From contig JBHELM010000228.1 in NCBI GenBank assembly GCA_046352715.1, positions 1 to 37,318 of the forward strand: a stretch of DNA of 37,318 bases, read 5' to 3'. Under the pieces are notes generated by a model, which made no database searches, was not told the DNA's origin, and worked only from the letters and a program-made list of their open reading frames with translations. Source of the stretch: Thermoplasmatota archaeon. GTDB lineage: Archaea > Thermoplasmatota > E2 > JACPAO01 > JAHFTW01. The position numbers and the translations under genes are program-made. Within the stretch, counting starts at the first letter, position 1. Each line of letters starts with the position of its first letter. Shown here one piece after another: positions 24,027 to 31,829 of the stretch.

Positions 24027-24301
24027 CCACGACCAAGACCATCCCGAAGCGCCGCGTGAAGAAGTCGCCGCGCGAGCGCCTGCAAGAAGCCAACGACGCC
24101 CTGGAGCGCCAGGTGGTGCGGCGGTTGAACCGGAGCCCGCCAGCGTCGTTCGAGGACCTCATCGAGGAGGGTTTGCTCACGGAGGGGAAGGCGAACACGA
24201 TGCGGGACCGCCTGCGAGGGCGGCTCGTGGTGGTAGGGGAGCGTCCGGCCAAGACCGGGCGGGGTCGGCCCCATGTCCTTTACAACGTCCTGCCCAAGTA
24301 G
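24023..24301 (+). CDS. Small basic protein, possible winged-helix DNA binder
   Basis: ATGA overlap. 92 aa with a Lys/Arg-rich N-terminus and a wing-like GRGRPHVLYNV near the C-terminus. Confidence 0.55.
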   Translation: MTTTKTIPKRRVKKSPRERLQEANDALERQVVRRLNRSPPASFEDLIEEGLLTEGKANTMRDRLRGRLVVVGERPAKTGRGRPHVLYNVLPK

Positions 24302-24311
24302 TCGGTCCGGC

Positions 24312-24363
24312 TAAAGTATAAGTATTAGCCACGACTACAGGAGGGTTGGTGACACACACCATG
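24312..24363 (+). promoter_or_regulatory. Promoter-like element P2
   Basis: TAAAGTATAAGTATTAGCCACGACTACAGGAGGGTTGGTGACACACACCATG, near-identical to P1 from GCCACG onward. Confidence 0.5.
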
Positions 24364-24906
24364 CAGAACCCTACCCCTATCCCCGGCACCCCTCCCAAGG
24401 AGGCCATCACCTTCGGTCCTTGGGTGAAGCGGGTCGGCAGCGAGCAGATGCTCTACTGCTGGACCTGCTCCGCCACCACCTGCAAGAGCAACCATGCCGC
24501 CCTCGGCTTCGAGAGCCTCGACGCGGCCAAGACCGATGCCGGGCACCACAACCGCATTTTCCACGAGGGCCGCCTGACCATCTGGGAGCGCATCGACAAG
24601 GACAGCGAGCGGGGCCAGGCCATCGCCGCCGCGCAGCCCGGCCGCGCGAGCGCCACCGCCTTCCTCCGCCTCGTCGCCACCAAGCAGGTCCGCACCCAGC
24701 AGAAGATGGTCGAGCGGGCCGCCAAGACTCTCGGCCTCACCGTCGAGAACTGCTCCGTTCCGGCGCGCGGCGGAGGCTTCTACGTCGGCCACCCGCGCTT
24801 CACCGGCCCCGGCGGCACCTTCGCTCCAGCCAAGTCCAAGGAAATCGGCAACGCCCAGGACGCCGCCCGTGCGCTCCAGGCCGCCGGTCTCCCCGTGGAG
24901 GCGTAG
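24346..24906 (+). CDS. Hypothetical protein; start ambiguous (TTG 24346, GTG 24349 or ATG 24361)
   Basis: ORF with codon bias. P2 lies immediately upstream. Confidence 0.65.
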   Translation: MVTHTMQNPTPIPGTPPKEAITFGPWVKRVGSEQMLYCWTCSATTCKSNHAALGFESLDAAKTDAGHHNRIFHEGRLTIWERIDKDSERGQAIAAAQPGRASATAFLRLVATKQVRTQQKMVERAAKTLGLTVENCSVPARGGGFYVGHPRFTGPGGTFAPAKSKEIGNAQDAARALQAAGLPVEA

Positions 24907-24909
24907 CGG

Positions 24910-25635
24910 GTGCAGGACGCCGAGCCAGTCCGCACCATCGGCGACCCCGCCCGCGAAGCCACCATGCCTCCCGGATGGCGCACCGCCCCCCTCTGCCTCG
25001 CGCCCTGCGCCTGCGCCTCGCCAGTCCACCCCGGCCTTCACCTTGAGCGCCACGGCCAGCAGGGGTTTCCCGCCTGCGCGTGGCCCAAGGACCACCCCGA
25101 GAGCGACGGCCACCTCTGCCTCCCCGCCGACCGCAACCGATTCGCCATCTGCCCCGAGTGCAAGCGGCTCGTTCCGAAGCGCGCCGCCGACCGCCACGCC
25201 GCCGCCTGCTACGGCCCCGGCACGAGCGACCCCAAGGTCCGCGAGCAGCGCGAGCGCCTGGCCTTCGCCGCCTACCTAGAGCAGCGCGCCAAAGAGTGCG
25301 GCGCTTGGGCGCCCTCGCAGGCGTGGCGCGACGAGGAGCGCGCCACCCTGGAGGCCAACCGCGCCAGCGGATTCGGCCACGGCTTCACCTTCGAGCAGGC
25401 TGGGCGCTGCATCGAATACGTCCGCCCGTGGGCCACCCACGCCTCGCGCGGCTTTGCCAGCATGGCCCACCAACTCCGGCAGCACGGCCGCGTCGCGCTG
25501 CACGGGAAGTTCATGGCCTCCTGGATTGCCGACTGGAACCGCCGCCTGGTCCTGCTGCGCCTGGAGCCTCTGACCAACGACTTCCGGGCGCTCGCCAAGG
25601 CGGCGATGCAGGCCAAGACCGAGGCGACCGCGTGA
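24910..25635 (+). CDS. Hypothetical Cys-rich protein (241 aa)
   Basis: ORF with codon bias. Contains ICPECKRL. Confidence 0.6.
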   Translation: MQDAEPVRTIGDPAREATMPPGWRTAPLCLAPCACASPVHPGLHLERHGQQGFPACAWPKDHPESDGHLCLPADRNRFAICPECKRLVPKRAADRHAAACYGPGTSDPKVREQRERLAFAAYLEQRAKECGAWAPSQAWRDEERATLEANRASGFGHGFTFEQAGRCIEYVRPWATHASRGFASMAHQLRQHGRVALHGKFMASWIADWNRRLVLLRLEPLTNDFRALAKAAMQAKTEATA

Positions 25636-25778
25636 CCGCCCTCCATCGGCACCTCCAAGACCTCCTCCGCGAGGCCATCACGCACGCGGTCGCGGCACAG
25701 TTCCACGGCCACCCGTTGCAGGTCGAGGAGAGACGCCGGTCCTTCGTCCTGATGACGCAGCGATGGAGGAAGCCATGA
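25632..25778 (+). CDS. Hypothetical small protein (48 aa)
   Basis: GTGA overlap at its start and ATGA overlap at its end. Confidence 0.45.
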   Translation: MTALHRHLQDLLREAITHAVAAQFHGHPLQVEERRRSFVLMTQRWRKP

Positions 25779-26248
25779 CGGTCTCGTTTGAGTCGGCCGC
25801 CGAAGCCCTAGAGCAGGCCGCCCGCGCCTTCCGCCTCGCCGCCGAAGCCCCCAACAAGGTCGCCCGCGACAACTGGCTCCGCAGCGCCAACGACAGCATC
25901 CGCCTCGCCAAACGCCTCGCCGCCCGCGCCGCCAGCGCGCAGCTGGTCGGCCAGAACGTCCAGGCCGCCAACCCCAGCAGCGCCCCCACCTACACCTTGA
26001 GGGAGCGCATCATGCTCGTCCTGCCCGACGACGCCCACCGCGCCCTGCCGGTGCGCGACATCATCGACGCCTTGGCCGACCAACCGGGCGGCGTCACGTT
26101 CGACAAGAGCAGGGTCCGCCACCTGCTGCGCGACTTGGAGGGCGCCGGGAAGGTCAAGGCCGGGATGCTGAAAGGGAGTCGCGTGGAGACCCGCTACTGG
26201 CGGACGACGAGGAACTGGCGTGAGGCTCCGCCACCCCTCCCCCTATGA
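25775..26248 (+). CDS. Hypothetical protein with a winged-helix-like C-terminal domain (alternative start ATG 25763)
   Basis: The C-terminus LRERIMLVLPDDAHRALPVRDIIDALADQPGGVTFDKSRVRHLLRDLEGAGKV has a wHTH-like pattern. Confidence 0.6.
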   Translation: MTVSFESAAEALEQAARAFRLAAEAPNKVARDNWLRSANDSIRLAKRLAARAASAQLVGQNVQAANPSSAPTYTLRERIMLVLPDDAHRALPVRDIIDALADQPGGVTFDKSRVRHLLRDLEGAGKVKAGMLKGSRVETRYWRTTRNWREAPPPLPL

Positions 26249-26280
26249 TTGCAGGTGGAGCAGGTCCCCCTCTGTGGTGG

Positions 26281-26340
26281 CTTGTTCGCTTGTTTCTTTT
26301 CTAGAATCGTTTCAGGGAAGTTATGAAATACGGGTGACGC
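26281..26340 (+). promoter_or_regulatory. AT-rich putative promoter/regulatory stretch, distinct from the P family
   Basis: Lowest-GC stretch in the window by eye: cttgttcgcttgtttcttttcTAGAATcgtttcagggaagttatgaaatacgg. Confidence 0.3.
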
Positions 26341-26907
26341 ATGACGCAGCAGGAACCGACGAGTCCAAGTGCAGAAGAAAAGGATGGAACTCCTTTGACA
26401 CCGGAAACAGTTTCCACGAGCAATAAGGGGGCGGGGGTCCGCGCAACGAGCCTGGAGGCGTTCCACAGCCTCGACCTCCACAAGGTCGCTGGGCTGCGCC
26501 GCCGCATCGCGGAACACCTCGCCGTCGTCGGGCGCTCCTCCACGCGGTTGATGTCGGAGGCGCTCACCCTCGACCTCCAGGGCATCTCCCCCAGGCTCGC
26601 GGAGATGAAGCGCATGGGCATCGTGGAGACCGACGGCCGCCTCGTGAACGCGACGGGCAAGGCGGCCCTGGCGTGGCGGCTCACGGAGAACGGTGCCCTG
26701 TGGTTGCGGGGGGAGTGGATGCCGCCGGAGGACCCGAAGGCGGGCTCGGCGAAGCGGAACGCGCGGGCGCGGTTCGAGCGGGCGCTCCAGGCGGTCCTCG
26801 CCACGAAGGACACGCGGGATGACAAGGTGCTTGTGCCGATGGGTCTCATGGTGGAGTTGCATGTTGCGGAGCGTCGGCTGCGGGAGGTCTTGGCGGGGCA
26901 TGACTGA
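26341..26907 (+). CDS. Winged-helix (MarR-like) DNA-binding protein; candidate regulator or replication initiator
   Basis: LRRRIAEHLAVVGRSSTRLMSEALTLDLQGISPRLAEMKRMGIVETDGRLVNATGKAALAWRLT fits an HTH-plus-wing pattern. The first ~30 codons use atypical A/T-ending codons. Confidence 0.6.
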   Translation: MTQQEPTSPSAEEKDGTPLTPETVSTSNKGAGVRATSLEAFHSLDLHKVAGLRRRIAEHLAVVGRSSTRLMSEALTLDLQGISPRLAEMKRMGIVETDGRLVNATGKAALAWRLTENGALWLRGEWMPPEDPKAGSAKRNARARFERALQAVLATKDTRDDKVLVPMGLMVELHVAERRLREVLAGHD

Positions 26908-27067
26908 CCCCGCCGGGTGCCCTAAAAGCCAAGCCAACCAAACCGCCTGATGCGCTCGCTCCACGCCGACCTCGTGCTGTCGTCCCCTCCATCGGGTGCC
27001 TAGTGGCTCGCCTTGAGGGCAAGGTCGCGGCCTACTCCGGGGCCATAATCGTCCTCAATCCTCCAGG

Positions 27068-27128
27068 ATAACTATAAGTATTTCACACGACTCACAAACC
27101 TCCTCCACGCAAAGGGAGCTACACCATG
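27068..27128 (+). promoter_or_regulatory. Promoter-like element P3
   Basis: ATAACTATAAGTATTTCACACGACTCACAAACCTCCTCCACGCAAAGGGAGCTACACCATG. Confidence 0.45.
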
Positions 27129-27434
27129 AAACAAGCGTTCATCGAGAAGAACTTCAAGCCAGGCTCGCTCGACCTCATCAAGAGGTGCGACCGCATCATC
27201 CGCGCCTATCAGGCACAGGGATTCCGACTGACCCTCCGCCAACTCTACTACCAGTTGGTGAGCGCCAACGTCATCCGCAACGAGGAGAAATCCTACATGG
27301 AGTTCAAGAACGAGTTCCTCCAGAAGGCCAGTCCGCCGGACCTCTTGCTCATCGACGGGCGGAGCGTGGCGGCGTGGTGTGAGCGTCATCTCGCGGAGAT
27401 GCGGGTTGCCGAGGAGGCGGCCGGTCATGCCTGA
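27126..27434 (+). CDS. Small protein with a TLRQLYYQLVS motif (possible stand-alone Top6A/Spo11-type CAP-like winged helix)
   Basis: 102 aa. FRLTLRQLYYQLVSANVIRNEEKSY resembles the catalytic-Tyr helix region of type IIB topoisomerase A-like proteins as I recall it. No Toprim-length continuation follows. Confidence 0.55.
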   Translation: MKQAFIEKNFKPGSLDLIKRCDRIIRAYQAQGFRLTLRQLYYQLVSANVIRNEEKSYMEFKNEFLQKASPPDLLLIDGRSVAAWCERHLAEMRVAEEAAGHA

Positions 27435-28002
27435 CGGCACGGACGGCGCGGCGAAGCCGCTCACCGCAGCGGCCCCACCCGTGCCCGCGCGTCCCATCCA
27501 GCCCGGCGACCTCGTGAAGTTCGCCGGGCGCGGGTGGTGCAGCGCCCTCGTCGGCGGCCCCGGCCGCGTCGTCGGCATCGACGGCAGCAGCGCGGAGGTC
27601 GAGGTTCTCACGCCGGGCGAGTGCCTGGGCAACAAGTTCCGCAAGGGCGAGCGGTTCTTCTTCGGCCTGCGCGAACTCGCCCACGCCGACGAGCCACCCA
27701 TCGACCAAGCCGCTCTCGACTTGGAGGCCGCCCGCGCCAAGGCGCGCGATGCCCTGGCCGCCAACGCCCTCCAGGCCGTCAAGTCCAAGGCCATCCGCAT
27801 CGAGGACGACGCCGCTTTCCCGCTCGCCGACGGCCTGCAACTCGGCAGCGTCGCCGAGACCGGCGACCTCCGCGTCATCGTCACGCAGGCCGACGGGAAG
27901 CAGGTCGCCGTCCAGTTGCACAACAAATGGCTCCACGGGGAGATGGGCGTGGCCGCGTTCATCCTGGCGAACTGCCATCCCGACGCGAAGCCGAAGAAGT
28001 AG
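27427..28002 (+). CDS. Hypothetical protein (191 aa)
   Basis: GAGGAGG sits 9 nt upstream of ATG 27427. The gene overlaps the upstream stop. Confidence 0.6.
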   Translation: MPDGTDGAAKPLTAAAPPVPARPIQPGDLVKFAGRGWCSALVGGPGRVVGIDGSSAEVEVLTPGECLGNKFRKGERFFFGLRELAHADEPPIDQAALDLEAARAKARDALAANALQAVKSKAIRIEDDAAFPLADGLQLGSVAETGDLRVIVTQADGKQVAVQLHNKWLHGEMGVAAFILANCHPDAKPKK

Positions 28003-28030
28003 TTTCACCCGGACAGGCTCCGGGAACGGT

Positions 28031-28056
28031 GGGGAGGCTGTGCAACCTCTCCCTTT
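28031..28056 (+). terminator. Terminator-like hairpin followed by TTT
   Basis: ggggagg (28031-28037) pairs with cctctcc (28046-28052), including one G-U pair, followed by cTTT. A second hairpin gcgacca/tggtcgc lies at 28059-28084. Confidence 0.35.
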
Positions 28057-28147
28057 GCGCGACCACGTTGTGTCACTTGGTCGCAGCACTTCCTCCCCAC
28101 CCCCGAAAGAGCCTAAAGCACGGCCGGACTTTCCGAGGACACTCACC

Positions 28148-28573
28148 ATGCAAGAGAACCCCGCCCAACAGGACCACGGCCTCCACCGCCGCGACGCACG
28201 AGGAACCTACCGCGCCCCCGCGAAGCCCGGCCGGAACGAGCCGTGCGAGTGCGGCAGCGGACGCAAATCGAAGAAGTGCCACCCCGACGGCCTCCAGCCC
28301 GTCGTCCGCCGCCTCATGGACTCCGGCACCTGCGCGGTCTGCAAGAAGCAGAGCGAGGTCATCCCGCTCCGCCACGAGGGTCTCCCTGGCTGGAACGTGG
28401 ACCTCTGTCCGTCGTGTGTCCGCGACCCCAAGGCGGTCGAGGCCGTCATCGCGGGCGCGCGCAGCAGCCTCGCGCAGGGCGCGCAGGGGGGCGTCGAGGT
28501 GGCTGCGATGGCGCAGGCCACAGGCGCCCTCACCCTCGGCCCCGCGCCGGAGCCAGAGGGGGGCTCGGCGTGA
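28148..28573 (+). CDS. SEC-C motif (zinc-binding) protein
   Basis: GRNEPCECGSGRKSKKCH matches the SecA C-terminal metal-binding motif. A second CxxC...CxxC lies downstream. Confidence 0.65.
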   Translation: MQENPAQQDHGLHRRDARGTYRAPAKPGRNEPCECGSGRKSKKCHPDGLQPVVRRLMDSGTCAVCKKQSEVIPLRHEGLPGWNVDLCPSCVRDPKAVEAVIAGARSSLAQGAQGGVEVAAMAQATGALTLGPAPEPEGGSA

Positions 28574-28713
28574 CGAAGCGCACCCCACTCCAGGAGTTCG
28601 CCGACGGCCTCGCTCTTATCCTCGGTGTCGCCGAGGACCTCGACGGCGACAAGGCCGAGCGCCTCATCGGCGGCGTGACCGAGTTGTGCCGCGCGGTGGC
28701 CCATGCCGACTGA
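28570..28713 (+). CDS. Hypothetical small acidic protein (47 aa)
   Basis: GTGA overlap with the upstream stop, plus codon bias. Confidence 0.45.
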   Translation: MTKRTPLQEFADGLALILGVAEDLDGDKAERLIGGVTELCRAVAHAD

Positions 28714-29419
28714 ACGCGGCATCCTGTTCCAGGACCGCCTCGTCCGCGCCCTCCTCCGGGACCTGAACCCCAAGACGCAGACCAGGCGCCTCGTCAAGCC
28801 ACCGCCGCGCGAGGGATGGCACCCGACCGTCGAACGCTACAACCCCACGGTCATCAACCGGCACGGCGACGAGGAGCCCGGCCCCGAGGTGTTCGGGGCC
28901 GCTGACGAGGAGCAGGGTCGCGTCTGTCCCTACGGTGCGCCGGGCGACCGCCTGTGGGTCCGCGAAGCGTGGCACCCGGTCTCGACCGGCGGCGTCCACT
29001 ACCGGGCCGACTGGAGCGGAGGCTTTACCTGCGGGTGCTTTGGCGTCGGGGTCGGTGGTCTGCCGAGGTGGCGGCCGAGCATCCATCTCCGCCGCGCCGA
29101 CGCCCGCCTGCTCCTTGAGGTCACGCAGGTCCGCGTCGAGCGCCTCCAGGACATCAGCGAAGCGGACGCCCGCGCCGAGGGCGTCGAGCCGAGCGGCAAC
29201 GGATGGCTCGGCCCCGCGCGCCCCGTGAAACAGCCCGTCGGCTTTGCTCGCAAGCAGCCCGGCGTAGTCCTCGGCCCGATGACCGAGCAGCGGCTCTACG
29301 CGACGGCCCACGAGGCGTTCATGCACCTGTGGGACAGCATCAACGGCGACCGCCCCGGCGCCTCGTGGGCGGAGAACCCGTGGGTGTGGGCCATCACGTT
29401 CCAGCGGGTGAAACCTTGA
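28703..29419 (+). CDS. ASCH-like domain protein (common phage family)
   Basis: ILFQDRLVRALLRDLNPKTQTRR ... GDRLWVREAW ... WRPSIHLRRADARLLLEVTQVRVERLQDISEADA ... NPWVWAITF fits a widespread phage family that I recall being annotated as ASCH. Confidence 0.6.
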   Translation: MPTERGILFQDRLVRALLRDLNPKTQTRRLVKPPPREGWHPTVERYNPTVINRHGDEEPGPEVFGAADEEQGRVCPYGAPGDRLWVREAWHPVSTGGVHYRADWSGGFTCGCFGVGVGGLPRWRPSIHLRRADARLLLEVTQVRVERLQDISEADARAEGVEPSGNGWLGPARPVKQPVGFARKQPGVVLGPMTEQRLYATAHEAFMHLWDSINGDRPGASWAENPWVWAITFQRVKP

Positions 29420-29874
29420 GCGAACCCGAGCCTGCACCCCAGACCTTCACCACCATCGAGTCGGCCTTGGCCTTCATCGGCCGCCGAATCGGCAGCATCG
29501 ACAAGACCGGACAAAACCAACACTTCCGGTATCGCTTCATCGAACACGCCGAGGTCGTCGCCCGGAGCGCCCCCCTTCTCCACGCTGCGGGCATCGTCGT
29601 CGTGCCAATCGTCCGCAACGTCGAGGTTCGCGACGTTGAGAAGGGCGCCATCGCCGTCGTCACCGTGGCCGTCCAGTTCCGCCGCTCGAAGGACGACCTC
29701 GTGGAGGCCGTCGTCGCCGGGGAGGGCATGGACTCGCAGGACAAGGCTGTCAGCAAGGCCATCACGCAGGCGTTGAAGCGCGCCTACATGACGGTCCTCG
29801 GTCTCGCGGTCAATGAGGGGTTGGACGACCGCGCGGACTTCAATCGCCCCCCGCCGCCGAGGCGGTCGCCATGA
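29416..29874 (+). CDS. ERF-like single-strand annealing protein
   Basis: TTGA overlap. QNQHFRYRFIEHAEVV ... AGIVV ... GEGMDSQDKAVSKAITQALKRAYMTVLGL resembles the ERF pattern f.Y..l.dv ... D..dKa..kA.t.A.Ky. Confidence 0.55.
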   Translation: MSEPEPAPQTFTTIESALAFIGRRIGSIDKTGQNQHFRYRFIEHAEVVARSAPLLHAAGIVVVPIVRNVEVRDVEKGAIAVVTVAVQFRRSKDDLVEAVVAGEGMDSQDKAVSKAITQALKRAYMTVLGLAVNEGLDDRADFNRPPPPRRSP

Positions 29875-30821
29875 CGAGCATCGAGTGGACCGACGCAACG
29901 TGGAACCCCCTGCGCGGCTGCACCGCCGTCAGCGAGGGGTGCCGCAACTGCTACGCGGCTGGGCAGGCGGCGCGCTTCAGCGGCCCCGGCCTGCCCTATG
30001 AGGGGCTTGCCAAGTTCACGCCGCAAGGTCCGCGTTGGACCGGCGAGGTCCGCCTCGTGCCCGAACACTTGGAGGACCCGTTGCGGTGGAGGAAGCCGCG
30101 TCGCGTGTTCGTGAACAGCATGAGCGACCTGTTCCATCCGGCCGTGTCCAACGAGTTCATCTCCTGCGTGTTCGCGGTCATGGCCGCCGCGCCGCAGCAC
30201 ACCTTCCAGGTCTTGACGAAGCGCCCGGAGCGGATGGCCGCGTGGTTCGAGTGGGCCGCGCAGCACCCACACCGCGAAGGCCCTGGCATCGGCGGCCCGC
30301 TCGCCGCGCTCGGTGAAGCCATCTGCAACTTCGAGGGCAACCTCCCAGCACCGTTCCATGAGGAGACAGACCTCTCTTGTCTCAAGGTGGCGTGGCCGTT
30401 GCCGAACGTGTGGCTGGGCACGAGCGTCGAGGACCAGGCCGCCGCCGAGGCGCGCATCCCGCATCTGCTCGCGTCGCCTGCCGTCGTGCGGTTCCTGTCG
30501 TGCGAACCCATGCTCGGCCCGGTGGACCTCCGCTCGGCCACGGCCTTCGGCATGGCTGACCCAGAAACGACCTGGGCGGCTGCGGCCCGCGCCCGCCGTC
30601 GGGTTGATTGGGTCATCGTCGGCGGCGAGAGCGGCAGGGGCGCGCGCCCGATGGACTTGGCGTGGGCTCGGAGCCTGCGCGACCAAGCCCAAGGAGCGGG
30701 CGCGGCGTTCTTCTTCAAGCAGGTAGGCGCCTGCGCGTCGGAGGCGTCGGCGAAGGGTGGCGCTCTCGCCGACATCCCAGAGGACCTACAGGTCCGCCAG
30801 TTCCCCGAGGTGCGCCCGTGA
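29871..30821 (+). CDS. Phage Gp37/Gp68 family protein (DUF5131)
   Basis: The N-terminus MTSIEWTDATWNPLRGCTAVSEGCRNCYA is the family signature, followed by FVNSMSDLFH. Confidence 0.85.
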   Translation: MTSIEWTDATWNPLRGCTAVSEGCRNCYAAGQAARFSGPGLPYEGLAKFTPQGPRWTGEVRLVPEHLEDPLRWRKPRRVFVNSMSDLFHPAVSNEFISCVFAVMAAAPQHTFQVLTKRPERMAAWFEWAAQHPHREGPGIGGPLAALGEAICNFEGNLPAPFHEETDLSCLKVAWPLPNVWLGTSVEDQAAAEARIPHLLASPAVVRFLSCEPMLGPVDLRSATAFGMADPETTWAAAARARRRVDWVIVGGESGRGARPMDLAWARSLRDQAQGAGAAFFFKQVGACASEASAKGGALADIPEDLQVRQFPEVRP

Positions 30822-30976
30822 CAGCACAGCCGGAGGGGCCGCCGTGCCCCCTCTGCGGCGTCACCCTACTCGAGGCCCCGTGCGTCAGCGTGAACGGCGA
30901 CAAGCCCGGCAACGTCCTCCCCTACCGCCACGCCGGGCGCGCACCGCCCAGCAGCCAAGGGAGGCTCCCGCTATGA
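30818..30976 (+). CDS. Hypothetical small protein (52 aa)
   Basis: GTGA overlap at its start and ATGA overlap at its end. Contains CPLCG. Confidence 0.45.
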   Translation: MTAQPEGPPCPLCGVTLLEAPCVSVNGDKPGNVLPYRHAGRAPPSSQGRLPL

Positions 30977-31575
30977 CAAACGTGACCGCCCATGTCCGCG
31001 CCGCCATCCGGGAACGCTTCCCACCCCCCGACTGGCTCGTCGCCTTCGAGGTCCAGTTCCCCCGCGACGAGGGAGGGTATCGCTTCGCCGACGCCGTGGC
31101 CTTCGACACCCGCAAGGGCGCCGGGATGGCGGTCCACGGCTTCGAGGTCAAGGTCAGCCGGGCCGACTGGCTCACGGAGGTCCGCAACCCGCGCAAGGCT
31201 GACCCTGGCCGCGCGTCGTGCGACTACTGGTGGGTGGTGGAGGGGAAGCCGGGCATCGTGAAGCCGGAGGAACTCCCGCACGGCGTCGGCCTCTATTCGC
31301 TGGGGGGCGGCGGCGAGGCCCTGCTGCTCGCCCGCATCCATGCCTCCGTCCGCGACCCGCGACCGGGCGAGCGTCCGCTTGAGCGCAGCCTCGTCGCCGC
31401 GTTCCTACGCCGCCAAGACCCGTTGGAGCCGCGCGCCTACTTCGCTGCCCGCGAGCGCGAGGCCGAGCAGCGCGGCTTCAACCGAGGCCGCAACGAAGCG
31501 GGCCGCCTAGCCCGCAAGAGAGACCGTCTGGAGCGCGCGGGCATCTCCGACGGCGTGGAGTTGAACCTACCATGA
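30973..31575 (+). CDS. PD-(D/E)xK nuclease-fold protein, MmcB-like
   Basis: YRFADAVAFDTRKGAGMAVHGFEVKVSRADW fits D ... E-x-K followed by SRaDf. Confidence 0.55.
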   Translation: MTNVTAHVRAAIRERFPPPDWLVAFEVQFPRDEGGYRFADAVAFDTRKGAGMAVHGFEVKVSRADWLTEVRNPRKADPGRASCDYWWVVEGKPGIVKPEELPHGVGLYSLGGGGEALLLARIHASVRDPRPGERPLERSLVAAFLRRQDPLEPRAYFAAREREAEQRGFNRGRNEAGRLARKRDRLERAGISDGVELNLP

Positions 31576-31829
31576 CACCCTGGTTTGTGGACCCCGTGCG
31601 GCGCTGTCACCACAACGCCGCTGCTTGCCCTGGACCGGAGACCCCGGAACAGAACTGCGGCGCCAGCATCTACCGCCACATCGTCTTTGAGAACCCGGAC
31701 GCGACCGGTCTCTACGACCACTTCACCGGCATCATCGAGGTTGGGCCGGTGCAGGATGATGGGCAGCGCAGGAACGCGCTCGCGGAGGCGGTGGCGCGGG
31801 CGCTGAACGAGGCGAAGGTGGTGCCGTGA
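31572..31829 (+). CDS. Hypothetical protein (85 aa)
   Basis: ATGA overlap plus codon bias. Confidence 0.6.
   Translation: MTPWFVDPVRRCHHNAAACPGPETPEQNCGASIYRHIVFENPDATGLYDHFTGIIEVGPVQDDGQRRNALAEAVARALNEAKVVP

Noticed and set aside
26403-26415. 13-bp palindrome GGAAACaGTTTCC as a specific operator
   Set aside because: A 6+6 palindrome is expected several times by chance in 37 kb. I mention it only as part of the low-GC patch observation.
27087-27095. Resemblance of leader boxes to single-subunit phage RNA polymerase promoters: ACGACTCAC as in T7 (P3), GGTGACAC as in SP6 (3135-3142), TAGGGCACAC as in K11 (21500-21509)
   Set aside because: No T7-like RNA polymerase gene, nor any ORF of suitable size and character, exists in the genome. 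The matches lack the following TATAG initiation region. They sit at different distances from the AT box. I treat the resemblance as coincidence or as part of a different recognition code.
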